Shown here: positions 27,078 through 37,535 of the stretch, piece by piece
Position numbering within the stretch: the first letter of the stretch is position 1
Layout of the letters: every line of letters begins with the position of its first letter
DNA from: an uncultured Chloroflexia bacterium
Lineage (GTDB): Bacteria > Chloroflexota > Dehalococcoidia > DSTF01 > JALHUB01
DNA length: 64,000 nt
Direction of reading: 5' to 3'
Assembly: GCA_963703345.1 (NCBI GenBank)
Contig: OY969814.1
Span: 1,792,001-1,856,000, forward strand
Made by a program: the position numbers and the translations under genes
Notes under the pieces: generated by a model
What the model was told of the DNA's origin: nothing
The model's input: only the letters and a program-made list of their open reading frames with translations
Database searches by the model: none

Positions 27078-28145
27078 ATGCGCATTGCTGTACTCACAGG
27101 CGGCGGCGACTGCCCCGGTCTCAACGCCGCCATTCGCGCCGTGGCCCAGCGGGGCTGGACGATGGAAGACGAAGTGTGGGGTATCCACAATGGCTGGGCG
27201 GGGCTGCTGGGCGAGGGAGAGATGCACCGCCTGATACCCATGGAGGTGAGAGACATCTTGCACGAAAGCGGGACGATGCTCGGCACCTCTCGCACCAACC
27301 CGGGGCGCAGCGCGGCGGACATGGCGACGGTCGTGGAGAACCTGCGACGTCATAGCATCGATGGCCTCGTGGCGATAGGAGGCGACGACACCCTTAGCGT
27401 CGCCGCAAAGCTGAACGATGCCGGGGTCAAGGTCGTCGGCATACCGAAGACTATCGACAACGACGTGCCGGAGACTGACTTCTGCATCGGCTTCGACACG
27501 GCGACGGGCGTCATTGCCGACGGCCTGGACCGGCTGCTCTCCACCGCCAAGTCGCACGGGCGCATCATGGTGATGGAGGTGATGGGCCGCGACACCGGCT
27601 GGCTGGCGATCGTCGGCGGCATGGCGGGCGGCGCCGACTTCATAGCCATCCCGGAGGTGCCGCTCGAAATCGACTACGTCGTCAACCACGCTCGCCATCG
27701 CATGGAGACGCACCACTTCAGCGTCATGGTCGTCGCTGAGGGGACTCAACTCCAGGGGTTGGACCTTCCGGTCGGAGAAGTCAACGTCTCGGACCAGTTC
27801 GGCCACGTCCGCCTCGTCGAAAGGGGGATCGGCCAGCACGTCGCGGATGAGATCGAGCGGCGAACGGGAATCGACACGCGCGTTACCGTCCTCGGCCACC
27901 TGCAGCGCGGCGGCACTCCGTCTGTGCACGACCGCTACTACTCGACGCTGCTGGGCTCCGCCGCCGTCGATTTCTTGCACCGCGACCTCGCCGGGAACAT
28001 GACGGCGCTGAAGGGCCAGGCCATCGTGCCCGTGCCGCTGGCCTCGATAGCCGGCAAGACGCGCTTCGTTCCGCCCGAGCTCTACGAGATGGGCCAACGG
28101 TTTTTTCGCACCATAGCCGTCCTCGAGAGCATGCCCGATAGATAG
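27078..28145 (+). CDS. pfkA: 6-phosphofructokinase
   Basis: 'TGGGDCPGLNA', 'IGGDDT', 'PKTIDND', 'EVMGRDTG', 'LGHLQRGG'. Confidence 0.93.
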   Translation: MRIAVLTGGGDCPGLNAAIRAVAQRGWTMEDEVWGIHNGWAGLLGEGEMHRLIPMEVRDILHESGTMLGTSRTNPGRSAADMATVVENLRRHSIDGLVAIGGDDTLSVAAKLNDAGVKVVGIPKTIDNDVPETDFCIGFDTATGVIADGLDRLLSTAKSHGRIMVMEVMGRDTGWLAIVGGMAGGADFIAIPEVPLEIDYVVNHARHRMETHHFSVMVVAEGTQLQGLDLPVGEVNVSDQFGHVRLVERGIGQHVADEIERRTGIDTRVTVLGHLQRGGTPSVHDRYYSTLLGSAAVDFLHRDLAGNMTALKGQAIVPVPLASIAGKTRFVPPELYEMGQRFFRTIAVLESMPDR

Positions 28146-28265
28146 GAACGGCGGGCAAACCCGAACGGTCAGGACCGCTGCCCGGCCTGTCGCCACAACC
28201 ACGTGAGCGGGCCCCTCAGCCAGAGCTCCTCCGCATTCAGCCAGAACGGCGAGGGGCGGCAAGCG

Positions 28266-29351
28266 TTATCTCTCGTCTGGCAAGCGCTGAATTCGTCGCA
28301 GAACGACCAGGCTTGCCGCCCCCAGCGCGATAGGCAGCCACAACGCGAAGAAGCGGTAGCCAAGGGCGGCGGCGATGGCTGTGTTCCGGGATACGCCGAA
28401 TGAGACCAGCAGCACGCTCAACGACACCTCGACGAAGCCGAGCCCCGAGGGCGTGACGGCCACCAGCGAAAAGAGCAGCGCGACGGCGTAGGCGGAAAGC
28501 GCCTGCTGGACGTTGATATCGGCGTGGACGGCGTGCGCCATCAGGTAGAGCAGCGCCGCAGCCAGCACCTGGATGCCGAGGGCATGGATGAAGGGCAGCA
28601 GATACTTGCCTGGGCGCTTTCTAACGAAGGTTATCGCCTCGTACAGCTCGTCGGCGGCAACGCGGGTGGAATCGAGGTCGACGACCTGCTCGCGGCGAAC
28701 AAGGAGTGCCAGCAAGTTCACCGCCTTCGCGCCGATGACGTACATCCGCTCCAGTCCCTTCCTGCTGCTCAGAGCGGCCACAGGCACGGCGCCGACGACA
28801 ACGATTATGACGGTGATGATCAGCGAGGCAATGACTTCAGCCTGTGTCAGCGAGCCCTGAAGATAAAGCAGGGCCAGTGCGACGACGAGGACGACGAGGA
28901 AGGCCGCATAGCCCAGAACGTAGGCAGCCATGTAAGCGGCGCCGACGCGGGCCGCCGGCTGATCGCTCCAACGCGCTTCCCGCAAATAGAACGCAATGCC
29001 GCCGATGCCTCCCGTCTTCGACACGAGGTTCACGAAATATGATGCCTGGGTGATGAAGACGAATCGCCAGACAGAGGCGCGCAGGCCGGTCGCCCAGAAC
29101 GTTGTCGCGTAGAAGAGCGTCAGGTTGAGGACGAAGAGTATCTCCACGACGGCGGCCGCGCCCAGATACAGCGGGCGGGCGGAGCGCAACTCGGAGGCGA
29201 TCTGCTTGGCTTCGTTGAGATTCGTGGCTATGACAACGGCGACCAGCAGGAAGAAGGCGAGCCAGATCAGTCGGACCAGGGTGAGGCGCTGCCGGCGTCG
29301 CTGGGACGACGCGTGATGACCCTCGTGCTCCATCATCGATACATGGCTCAC
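28266..29351 (-). CDS. Lysylphosphatidylglycerol synthase TM-domain (flippase-like) membrane protein
   Basis: Multiple TMs; 'TPSGLGFVE', 'AALGYRFFALWLP'. Confidence 0.82.
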   Translation of the reverse strand: MSHVSMMEHEGHHASSQRRRQRLTLVRLIWLAFFLLVAVVIATNLNEAKQIASELRSARPLYLGAAAVVEILFVLNLTLFYATTFWATGLRASVWRFVFITQASYFVNLVSKTGGIGGIAFYLREARWSDQPAARVGAAYMAAYVLGYAAFLVVLVVALALLYLQGSLTQAEVIASLIITVIIVVVGAVPVAALSSRKGLERMYVIGAKAVNLLALLVRREQVVDLDSTRVAADELYEAITFVRKRPGKYLLPFIHALGIQVLAAALLYLMAHAVHADINVQQALSAYAVALLFSLVAVTPSGLGFVEVSLSVLLVSFGVSRNTAIAAALGYRFFALWLPIALGAASLVVLRRIQRLPDER

Positions 29352-29424
29352 GCTTGCAGCTGGGAAAAGCCGGCTGAGAGGAACTCAACCAAATCATAGC
29401 ACAGGCGAATGAGACGGCAGGAGG

Positions 29425-30678
29425 CTAGAGCGCCCGCACGTCGCGGGAGGCGAGGCCGCTAACCAGCGACAGCAGCAGCGCCGCCAGCACGAAGACGGCG
29501 ATCGTGTGCGCTGTCCCCAGGTAGCGGTCGGCAATGAAGCCCATCATGAGGGCGCCGAAGGGATTGAGCCCCTGCGACATCATGTACAGCGCGAGCACCC
29601 GGCCGCGGAACTCGTCCTCGGCGTGGAGTTGAACGAGCATCTGGTTGAACGCCGTGAACGTCACGAAACCAATACCGCCGATGATCAGCAGCAACAGCGA
29701 GAGGAAGTAGCTGCGGGAGAAGGAGAACGCCAGGATCATAAACGCGTAGAAGACTAGCGCCACACTCATGATGAGGCCCTTGTAGCGCACGTTGGCAAAC
29801 CGGGCGACCACAAGACCGCTGCCGAAAGCGCCGATGCCGACGCCGGTCAGCAGCCAACCGTAGCCCCGCGAGCCCACGTGAAGGTAGTTCTTCGCCATGA
29901 TGGGCATTAGCTGGATGTAGGGGTATATGAGCATCGTGGGAATCGCCTGCAGAAGCGTCAGCCGCAGCAGCGCGCGGTGCCGCAGCAGGTAGGCCGTGCC
30001 GCGTCGCATCGCCGTCCACGCCGGCTCAGACGCCACCGCCGCCGTTTGCTCGAGCCGCATCGCGATCAGGCTGGCGATCGCGCATAGGAAGAAGAACGCT
30101 TCGCTGAAGAACGCGCCCGAGATGTTGTAGCCGACCAGGAAGCCGGCAATCCCCGGTCCGACAACCCTCGCCATGTTGTTGACCATCGCGTTCAAGGCAA
30201 CCGCGTTCGGCAGGTGCTCGCGGTCCACGACGTCGTAAACCAGGAACTGCCGGACCGGGTTGTAGACGCTGGCGGAAAGGCCGCCCGTGAAGGCCGTTAT
30301 GTAGAGCTGCCACATCTCGATGCGGCCCATCACGATGAGGATGGCGATGGCGAGAGCGCCCAGGCCGTTGACGGCGGACGCGACACCGGTCAGAAGGCGT
30401 CGGTTGGTGTGCTCGGAGAAACCGCCGACGAACGGCGAGACGAAGATGATGCTGATGCCGCGAATGAACTGGACGAGCCCCAACTGGAAGGGCGAGTCAG
30501 TAAGCTGGGCGACCAGCCAGCCCTGGCCGATCTGCTCCATCCAGAAGGCGAAGCTGGAAGCCGCCGTGCCGCTTAGCAGATAACGAAAGTTGACGATGGA
30601 CAGCGACTGGAAGGCATGCGAGCCGGAAGCGCCCGTGCTCGGCATGGCGCCTTCAGCGGAATCGGCGGATTCGGCCAC
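29425..30678 (-). CDS. MFS transporter
   Basis: About 12 TMs; 'NAVALNAMVNNMARVVGP', 'FRGRVLALY'. Confidence 0.9.
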   Translation of the reverse strand: MAESADSAEGAMPSTGASGSHAFQSLSIVNFRYLLSGTAASSFAFWMEQIGQGWLVAQLTDSPFQLGLVQFIRGISIIFVSPFVGGFSEHTNRRLLTGVASAVNGLGALAIAILIVMGRIEMWQLYITAFTGGLSASVYNPVRQFLVYDVVDREHLPNAVALNAMVNNMARVVGPGIAGFLVGYNISGAFFSEAFFFLCAIASLIAMRLEQTAAVASEPAWTAMRRGTAYLLRHRALLRLTLLQAIPTMLIYPYIQLMPIMAKNYLHVGSRGYGWLLTGVGIGAFGSGLVVARFANVRYKGLIMSVALVFYAFMILAFSFSRSYFLSLLLLIIGGIGFVTFTAFNQMLVQLHAEDEFRGRVLALYMMSQGLNPFGALMMGFIADRYLGTAHTIAVFVLAALLLSLVSGLASRDVRAL

Positions 30679-30746
30679 TGGACGCTCCCCCTTCGGCTAT
30701 GCGTCCATTCTATGCTTCCGCTCCGAAGAGGAGAATCGTCGTGAAG

Positions 30747-31418
30747 TCAGAGGTCGAAGCCGTGCACTGAGTAGCCGAGGTAAGCGAGAGCCAGCCCTCG
30801 CACGAGCTTCCCCAGCATGACGGGCACGAGAAAGCGCCAGAAGCTCATGCGGACCGCCCCGGCGCTGAACCCTGCCACCTCGAAGAGCGGGTTTGGGATC
30901 GCGGCAAGCAAGAAGAGCGTCACGCTGCCATGGTGGGCGAGAAGCCACGTTATGCCGGCGCCCACGCCTTCAACGCTGCGGCGGAACCAGGCCGGGCCGC
31001 CGATGCGACGGCCGTGCGCGAGGTCGCGTCCGACGGAGCCGACGACGTAGGTGGTGATTTCGCCGAGGCCCATGCCCAATCCACCGGCAATACCGACCCG
31101 GAACGCTCCCAGCGACTTGGCGTCGCTGACTATGAGCGCCTGGCCGGCGAGAGTAAGGCCGGGAATGAACAGGAATGAGATCGCTGTGCTCGCCAGGTTG
31201 ACAAAGAAGATGCCGGCGTAGCCCAGCCCCTTGAAGCGCTGCTGGAGGATGAGCACGGCGGCGGCAAAGACGATGAGTACGACGGTGACGATTGCGCCGG
31301 CAACAATACGCCGTCGGCGGTCTTGGACGATCCACTCGGCGAAACGCGTCAACCGGTTCGGTCGGCGGTTTTCGATCTCTGCTTCTCGCTCCACCTTGTT
31401 CTCGGGGCGTTCGTCCAT
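30747..31418 (-). CDS. VTT/DedA-family membrane protein
   Basis: 'GLGEITTYVVG', 'AIPNPLFEVAGFSAG..RMSFWRF...GKLVR'. Confidence 0.78.
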   Translation of the reverse strand: MDERPENKVEREAEIENRRPNRLTRFAEWIVQDRRRRIVAGAIVTVVLIVFAAAVLILQQRFKGLGYAGIFFVNLASTAISFLFIPGLTLAGQALIVSDAKSLGAFRVGIAGGLGMGLGEITTYVVGSVGRDLAHGRRIGGPAWFRRSVEGVGAGITWLLAHHGSVTLFLLAAIPNPLFEVAGFSAGAVRMSFWRFLVPVMLGKLVRGLALAYLGYSVHGFDL

Positions 31419-31570
31419 GAGCGCCTCCCTGCTGTCTGTCTCAGGATACCATCACGAGAGCGTCGAATCGAGGCATGGGAAGGGAAAGGAGAGGCGACCA
31501 GCGTGGGGTCTCACGCTGGTCGCCTGAAAGGGGCGGGCGGGGCAACGCCGATAGGTTCGGAGAGGAGCCG

Positions 31571-33712
31571 TTACTCGCCGCCTACGCCACTCAATATTCC
31601 ATCCTGGTCGGCCGCTTTCTCGGCCGGGGTCTCTTCCGTCGCCTTCTCGGCAACGGTCTCGGTCGCAACCGCTTTCGGCTCCGGCAGGGCCGAGCGCTCC
31701 AGCAGCTCCACGAGGTCGAGAGCTTCCGGCGGCTCTTCCAGGCCAAGGCCGGTCAGTCCGTCTTTGAACATCTGGAGGCAGAACGGACAGGCGGTCAGTA
31801 CTTTGTCGGCGCCCGTGTCCACGGCTTCCTTGGCGCGCAGCCGGTTGACGCGCTGCTCCGGCTCTTCCTCCATCCACATCCGTCCGCCGCCGGCGCCGCA
31901 GCAGATGCCGTCGGCGCCGCAGTGGGCCATCTCCACAAGCTCGACGCCCGGGACGGCGGCAGCCAGCTTGCGCGGCGCGTCGTAGATGCCGTGATAGCGG
32001 CCGAGGTAGCAGGGGTCCTGGTAGGCGACGACCGCCTTGATCTCCTTTGTCAGCTTCAGCCGGCCCTCTTCGACCAGCTTCAGCAGGAACTCCGTGTGGT
32101 GCACAACTTCGAAGTCGCCGCCGAACTGCGGGTACTCGTATTTCAGCGTGTGGTAGCAGTGCGGGCAGGCGGTGATGATCTTCTTGACGTTGTGCCGCTT
32201 CAGGGTCTCGATGTTCTGCTGCGCCTGGCACTGGAACAGGTACTCGTCACCGATTCTCCGCGCCGGGTGGCCGCAGCAGGACTCTTCGTGGCCGAGGATG
32301 CTTATCTTAACGCCGGCGGCATCGAGGACTCGCGCCAGGGCGAGGGCGGCCTTCATGCTGCTCTCCTGGAGAGCGGCGGTGCAGCCGACCCAGAAGAGGA
32401 ACTCCGCGTCGCCGTCGTTGGCGACGTTCTTGACCTCGAAGCCCTCCGTCCAGTCGGTGCGCGAGGCCGAGGCGCCCTTCCAGGGGTGGCCGCGGTCCTG
32501 GACCGAGCGCAGGGCCGCCATGAGCGTCGGCGGGATGTTGCCCTGCTCGAGGACGAGGTTGCGACGCAGCTCTATTATCTTCTTGACGGGCTCGACGAAG
32601 ACGGGGCAGGCCTCTTCGCAGGCGCCGCAGGTCGTGCAGGCCCACAACTCGTCCTCGCTGACCACGCCGCCGGCAAGGAGCGGCACTTCATCCTGCGAGG
32701 GCTGCTTGCCGTTGCGCTTGCCGCGCAGGAGCACAGGCGCCCGCTCGACCATGTGCGCCTTCAACTCCTGGATGACCATCTTCGGCGAAAGCGGCTTGCC
32801 GGTCATGTTGGCCGGGCAGACCTCCTGACAGCGTCCGCAGCGGGTGCAGGCGTCGAGGTCGATGAGGTCTTTCCAGGTCAGGTCCTGGAGCTTCGCGGCG
32901 CCCAGAGCGCCCACGCTCTCCTCTGTTATCTCTATTGGCTTCAGCACTCCCTTGGTGCCTTGTGTGCGCAGGAACATGTTGAGCGGCGAGGCGACTACGT
33001 GGGCCAGCTTGGTGAAGCTGACCACCACGTAGCCCATTCCGCCCATCGATACCAGCATGTGGGTCCACCACAGTGTCTTGTGCAATGTCAGGTCGGCGCT
33101 GTGGCCCAGCGGATGGAAGACGACAGCAAAGGCGAGGCCCACCGGCGACCAGACCGACCAGCCAAGGTGGGCGTCCATCTCCGACGCCGCAATCCGAGCC
33201 CCTTCAACCATGTAGCCGGTGACGATGATGCCGGCCACGAGCCCTAGAGCAACGCCGTCGTCGAGGACGTTGTTCAGCTTCTTGGGCCGGATGACGTAGC
33301 GGCGGTAGGCGGCCATTCCCAGGCCGGCAAGCACGAGCAGGCCGCCGACGTCGAGCATCAGCGACACGCCCAGATAGATGTTGCCCTCCATGAAGTGGTA
33401 GATGTGCTCACTCGTGAAGTCGAGGAAAGGGCCCATGAGGAGCACACCGAAGCCGCCGAAGATGAGCAGGTGCATGACGCCCGCGTACCGGTCGCGGACG
33501 ATGCGCTTGTGCCACAGACCGTCGGCCTTCGTCTTGATAAGGACCGCGCGGATCCTGCCCGGCAGGTCGCGGAGCCTATCGTCCTCGCTGCCCAGCCGCC
33601 ACATTCGCAGGCGGTGGGTGAGGCCGTAGACCGCGGCCACCATGAGCAGGAATCCGAACAGGTATACTAGCTCACCGAACTGGATGTTCCAGAATATCTC
33701 TCGGGAGGGCAT
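31571..33712 (-). CDS. Membrane-bound Fe-S oxidoreductase (HdrD/FadF-like; TM domain + 2x[4Fe-4S] + two CCG domains)
   Basis: 'CTRCGRCQEVCP', 'CTTCGACEEACP', 'ESCCG', 'TACPHC', 'DPCYLGR', 'CCGAGGG', 'TACPFC'. Confidence 0.9.
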   Translation of the reverse strand: MPSREIFWNIQFGELVYLFGFLLMVAAVYGLTHRLRMWRLGSEDDRLRDLPGRIRAVLIKTKADGLWHKRIVRDRYAGVMHLLIFGGFGVLLMGPFLDFTSEHIYHFMEGNIYLGVSLMLDVGGLLVLAGLGMAAYRRYVIRPKKLNNVLDDGVALGLVAGIIVTGYMVEGARIAASEMDAHLGWSVWSPVGLAFAVVFHPLGHSADLTLHKTLWWTHMLVSMGGMGYVVVSFTKLAHVVASPLNMFLRTQGTKGVLKPIEITEESVGALGAAKLQDLTWKDLIDLDACTRCGRCQEVCPANMTGKPLSPKMVIQELKAHMVERAPVLLRGKRNGKQPSQDEVPLLAGGVVSEDELWACTTCGACEEACPVFVEPVKKIIELRRNLVLEQGNIPPTLMAALRSVQDRGHPWKGASASRTDWTEGFEVKNVANDGDAEFLFWVGCTAALQESSMKAALALARVLDAAGVKISILGHEESCCGHPARRIGDEYLFQCQAQQNIETLKRHNVKKIITACPHCYHTLKYEYPQFGGDFEVVHHTEFLLKLVEEGRLKLTKEIKAVVAYQDPCYLGRYHGIYDAPRKLAAAVPGVELVEMAHCGADGICCGAGGGRMWMEEEPEQRVNRLRAKEAVDTGADKVLTACPFCLQMFKDGLTGLGLEEPPEALDLVELLERSALPEPKAVATETVAEKATEETPAEKAADQDGILSGVGGE

Positions 33713-33806
33713 TTGGCACCTCCTTTACTCCTTCAGTCCACCCTCTTCTGCCTGACATCCTCCCTGACAAGCCGATGCTTGCCGTTTCTCCGTTGACCTC
33801 TCCCCG

Positions 33807-34298
33807 TCACGCCTTCGCCTTGGCCGTCGCGGCTTCGAGCCGGGCGTAAACCGGGTTGCCCTTGCTCCGGTACCACCAGCGCATGTACTGGGCCAGCGGC
33901 TCCCAGGACCAGGTGGCGGGAACGCAGGTCACGCCGTGCTCTTCGAGCAGCGCGAGCAGGAAGTCGAGGTCCGTCTTCTTGCAGGCGAGGCGGTCGGTGC
34001 GGTCCACGACCAGCACGTCGAACTTGTGGTCGGCAAGCATGGCGATGAGGCCCGGCCTGTTGAGGCATTCGCCGGTCCAGCCGATGTCCTCGTGGACGTC
34101 GGTTAGCTGCCACTTGTGAGCCTCGGCGCAGGCACAGATGCGGGTCTTCTGGCCGTCGGGCCGTGTCCACTTCTTGCCCATCTCTTCGAAGTCCTGCCTT
34201 ACGTACCCGACGGCACGCGGCTGCTCCTGCCAGATCGTCTGCGGGGCGCCAAGGCTGGTCTTCTCGACACCGGTTGGGGTTCCAGTCATCGTTGTCAT
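33807..34298 (-). CDS. Stand-alone resolvase-like N-terminal domain protein lacking the catalytic serine
   Basis: 'AVGYVRQD', 'EDIGWTG..LNRPGL', 'FDVLVVDRTDRL'; RBS AAGGTG. Confidence 0.7.
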   Translation of the reverse strand: MTTMTGTPTGVEKTSLGAPQTIWQEQPRAVGYVRQDFEEMGKKWTRPDGQKTRICACAEAHKWQLTDVHEDIGWTGECLNRPGLIAMLADHKFDVLVVDRTDRLACKKTDLDFLLALLEEHGVTCVPATWSWEPLAQYMRWWYRSKGNPVYARLEAATAKAKA

Positions 34299-34649
34299 TC
34301 TCTTCACCTTTGCCCTTTCCGTCTTTGTTCTTTGTTCCACCTGTAAGGTACGGCACAAAGGGCTAGGCTGTCGTCCGCCGCGCGCGCTGATTATTGTTAA
34401 GCATTTCGGCGTCCGAACCTCGGCGGCGAAGACGGCAATTGCGCTGGACTAGTCGCTGGACTCGGCAGAGCGCCTTTCGCGGATTGCGGATGGCATGAGC
34501 GGGATAGCGCGACGACGGTGCGCATTTCGCGCAACATCGTTACGTATAGTTGGCGGATGACTATCAGCAGGGTACGGCTGGCGGCTTAGGCTGCCTGCCT
34601 GTAATCTGTATATGGAAAGTCACCCGTCTGGGGCGCGAGGAGAACGAAG

Positions 34650-35336
34650 ATGGACAAGATCCGCATTCTCATAGCCGATGACCACACCCTCGTGCGCGAG
34701 GGCACACGCGAACGCCTGGAGCGGGAAGCGGACTTCGAGGTGGTCGGCGAGGCGGCGGACGGCGAGGAGGCGGTGCGCCTGGCGCAGGAGTTGAAACCGA
34801 ACGTGGCGATAATCGACATCGCCATGCCGAACCTGAACGGCATCGAGGCGACGAAGCAGATCAAGGCCAGCCAACCGGCCACTTCCATCCTCGTCCTCAG
34901 CGCCTATGACAACGACCAGTACATTTATGCCGTGCTGGAAGCCGGCGCCAACGGCTACCTGCTGAAGAACGTGCGCGGCGTCCAGCTCGTCGACGCGATA
35001 CGCGACGTGAGCGCCGGCGAGGTGGTGCTGGACCCACACGTGGCGCGCAAGGTCGTGCAGTGGTTCTCGTCGATGAGCCACGGGAAGAGCGTCGTGGAGG
35101 GGCTGCCGGATCATGTCAGCGACCGTGAGCTTGAGGTGTTGAACTTGGCGGCGAAAGGAATGAGCAACAAGGAGATCGCGTCGGAGCTGGCGCTGAGCGT
35201 GCGCACCGTGCAGTCGCACCTGGGCAACATTTTCGACAAGCTGGGCGTAAGCTCCCGCACGGAAGCGGTGCTGAAGGCCCTCAAAGAAGGCTGGATCTCG
35301 CTCGATGGTGTCTCTACGGGGGACTCGTCGAAATGA
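34650..35336 (+). CDS. NarL/LuxR-family response regulator
   Basis: 'IADDH', 'DIAMP', 'GYLLK', HTH 'GMSNKEIA..L.LSVRTV'. Confidence 0.94.
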   Translation: MDKIRILIADDHTLVREGTRERLEREADFEVVGEAADGEEAVRLAQELKPNVAIIDIAMPNLNGIEATKQIKASQPATSILVLSAYDNDQYIYAVLEAGANGYLLKNVRGVQLVDAIRDVSAGEVVLDPHVARKVVQWFSSMSHGKSVVEGLPDHVSDRELEVLNLAAKGMSNKEIASELALSVRTVQSHLGNIFDKLGVSSRTEAVLKALKEGWISLDGVSTGDSSK

Positions 35337-37372
35337 TACGGACCCTAACCCGAACGAGGGAGATGCTCAGTACTCCGGCGCGCGAGACGCGCTCCTGGCG
35401 GGTGCTGCGGGAGCCGCACTTCTGGATAATCGTCGCGATCATCACCTGCGGCACAATACTCTATTATGCGGACGTTCTTCCCGTCCTCAGCTCCCTCGAA
35501 ACGGTGCTGCACATCGAACTCACGCGTCGTTCTGTGCACCGCATCCTTTCCATTCTGCCCGTCGCGTACGCGGCCTACATATTCGGGCTCCGAGGCGGCC
35601 TATCCACGACGGCGGTAATCACCGCTCTGCTTCTGCCGCGCGTATTCGTGGCCTCAACCGCTCCCGAAGAAGCCGGAATCGAGACAGCGGCGTTCGCCGT
35701 CATGGGCGCCTTCGTTACCTGGCTCATCGACGTTCAAAATCGCGAAAAGGCGCAGCACCGGGGGACCATCGTTTCGTTGGAGTGGACGCAGCGGGAGTTG
35801 CGCTCGCACATCCAGACGGTGGAGAACGAAGAGCGGCGGCTTCAGACCATCAACGCCGTCCTCAACGTCGTCGCCGAGTCGCTGGAGCCGCGGCAGATCC
35901 TGCATCACGCGATGGACAAGGTGCAGGAGGTCATGGGAGTCGAGAAGTCGCTGCTCTACCTGCTGGACGAGGACTCCGACGAGCTGACGCTGGAGGCCTA
36001 TCACGGCATATCGATCGAGTTCGCAGACCTCGCGAAGAGGGTGCGCGTCGGCGAGGGTCTGAACGGACGCGTCGCCCAGACGGGCGAGCCGCTGGTGGCG
36101 GACGGTCGGGCCACGAGCCCGCTGCTGGCAAGCGAGATAGGCCGGCGCGAGAACCTCCAGGCGCAGCTCATCGTGCCTCTAAAGTCGAAGGGCAAGGTGC
36201 TGGGCACTCTTTGCGCCGCGACGAGCGAGCCCAGGGAGTTCGCGAGCGAGGAGATCGAGCTGGCGAGCGCCATCGGCAACGCAATCGGCGTCGCCATCGA
36301 GAACGGGAAGCTATACGAGAAAGAGCGAGAGGCGTCGGAGCAGTTGAGGCAGTCCGAGGAGAACTACCGCGGCCTGTTCGAGAATGCCACCGGCGCGATT
36401 GAAGTGCATGACCTGAACGGCAAGATAGTCAACGCCAACCGCGCGTTCGAAAAGCTCACCGGGTATGATCTGGAAGAGCTGAAGACACTGGACGCGACAA
36501 AGTTCCTGGAGCCGAAAGACGTCAGGGCGGTGGAGGATATGCTGAGGGCGCAATATCGCGGCGAGCCGGTGGAGGCCCTGATCGAGTTCCCGCTCAGGCG
36601 TCGCGACGGCAGCCAGGCGATTGTCGAGCTCATGCCCAGCCTCATTATCCGCAACGGACGGCCGATCGGCGTGCAGTCCATCGTTCGGGACGTCACGGAG
36701 CAGCGGCGAATGCAGGAGAACCTCCGCTACTACGTCTCGCAGGTGCTGAAGGCGCAGGAGAGCGAGCGCCTGCGCATCGCCCGCGAGCTGCACGACGACA
36801 CGGCGCAGGCGTTGACCGGCGTCTCGCGTCGCCTCGACCTGCTGTCGTCAAGCGGGTCGGACGTGCCGGCGGAGGTCGCGCAACGGCTGGACGAGCTGCG
36901 GGAACAGACGGACGCGATCCTCGACGGCGTGCGACGCTTCAGCCAGGACCTGCGGCCGCCGGTGCTCGACGACCTGGGTCTGCTCCCGGCGCTGAAGTGG
37001 CTGCTCATCGCCCTCGATGAGCAGGACGGGATTGCTACGAACACGCGCCTGTTAGGCGAGCCGCGTCGCCTGCCGCGGGAGTCGGAGCTGGCATTGTTCC
37101 GCATCGCGCAGGAAGCGCTGAACAACGTCAGGAAGCATTCGCGCGCTTCGGCCGTGGAGTTGACGCTGGACTTCCGCAGCGACAGCATCGCGATGACGGT
37201 GGCGGACAACGGCAACGGCTTCGAGTTGCCGCCGGCCACGGGCGACCTGGCGCTGTCGGGCAAGCTGGGGCTGATCGGGATGCAGGAGCGAGCGCGGCTC
37301 CTCGGCGGTACGATTGAGATGGAGTCGCAGCCGGGCGAGGGCACGAAGGTCGTCGTGACGGTACCGGGCTAG
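35333..37372 (+). CDS. Sensor histidine kinase (TM + GAF + PAS + HisKA_3 + HATPase)
   Basis: 'ERLRIARELHDDTAQ', 'QEALNNVRKHS', 'DNGNGF', 'GLIGMQER'; overlaps the regulator stop (ATGA). Confidence 0.93.
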   Translation: MIRTLTRTREMLSTPARETRSWRVLREPHFWIIVAIITCGTILYYADVLPVLSSLETVLHIELTRRSVHRILSILPVAYAAYIFGLRGGLSTTAVITALLLPRVFVASTAPEEAGIETAAFAVMGAFVTWLIDVQNREKAQHRGTIVSLEWTQRELRSHIQTVENEERRLQTINAVLNVVAESLEPRQILHHAMDKVQEVMGVEKSLLYLLDEDSDELTLEAYHGISIEFADLAKRVRVGEGLNGRVAQTGEPLVADGRATSPLLASEIGRRENLQAQLIVPLKSKGKVLGTLCAATSEPREFASEEIELASAIGNAIGVAIENGKLYEKEREASEQLRQSEENYRGLFENATGAIEVHDLNGKIVNANRAFEKLTGYDLEELKTLDATKFLEPKDVRAVEDMLRAQYRGEPVEALIEFPLRRRDGSQAIVELMPSLIIRNGRPIGVQSIVRDVTEQRRMQENLRYYVSQVLKAQESERLRIARELHDDTAQALTGVSRRLDLLSSSGSDVPAEVAQRLDELREQTDAILDGVRRFSQDLRPPVLDDLGLLPALKWLLIALDEQDGIATNTRLLGEPRRLPRESELALFRIAQEALNNVRKHSRASAVELTLDFRSDSIAMTVADNGNGFELPPATGDLALSGKLGLIGMQERARLLGGTIEMESQPGEGTKVVVTVPG

Positions 37373-37428
37373 AGTATCCCTGTTTCTCGACCGCGCCCTA
37401 AAGGACGCGGCATCCCTTTTGAAAAGAA

Positions 37429-37494
37429 GTAGGCCAGGCTTTCCAGCCTGGCCGCATTCTTGCTCCCGCCGAGGCTGGAAAGCCTCGGCTACGT
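37429..37494. repeat. Inverted doublet of GTAG-type REP palindromes (REPIN-like)
   Basis: gtaggccaggctttccagcctggcc...cgccgaggctggaaagcctcggctac between convergent genes. Confidence 0.72.
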
Positions 37495-37535
37495 GTTTCC
37501 CCAGCAGACCGCGAACATCCCGCTTCCGTCAGAGT

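Noticed and set aside
33807-34298. Active transposon resolvase or mobile element
   Set aside because: No catalytic Ser, no DNA-binding domain, and no transposase or terminal repeats nearby.
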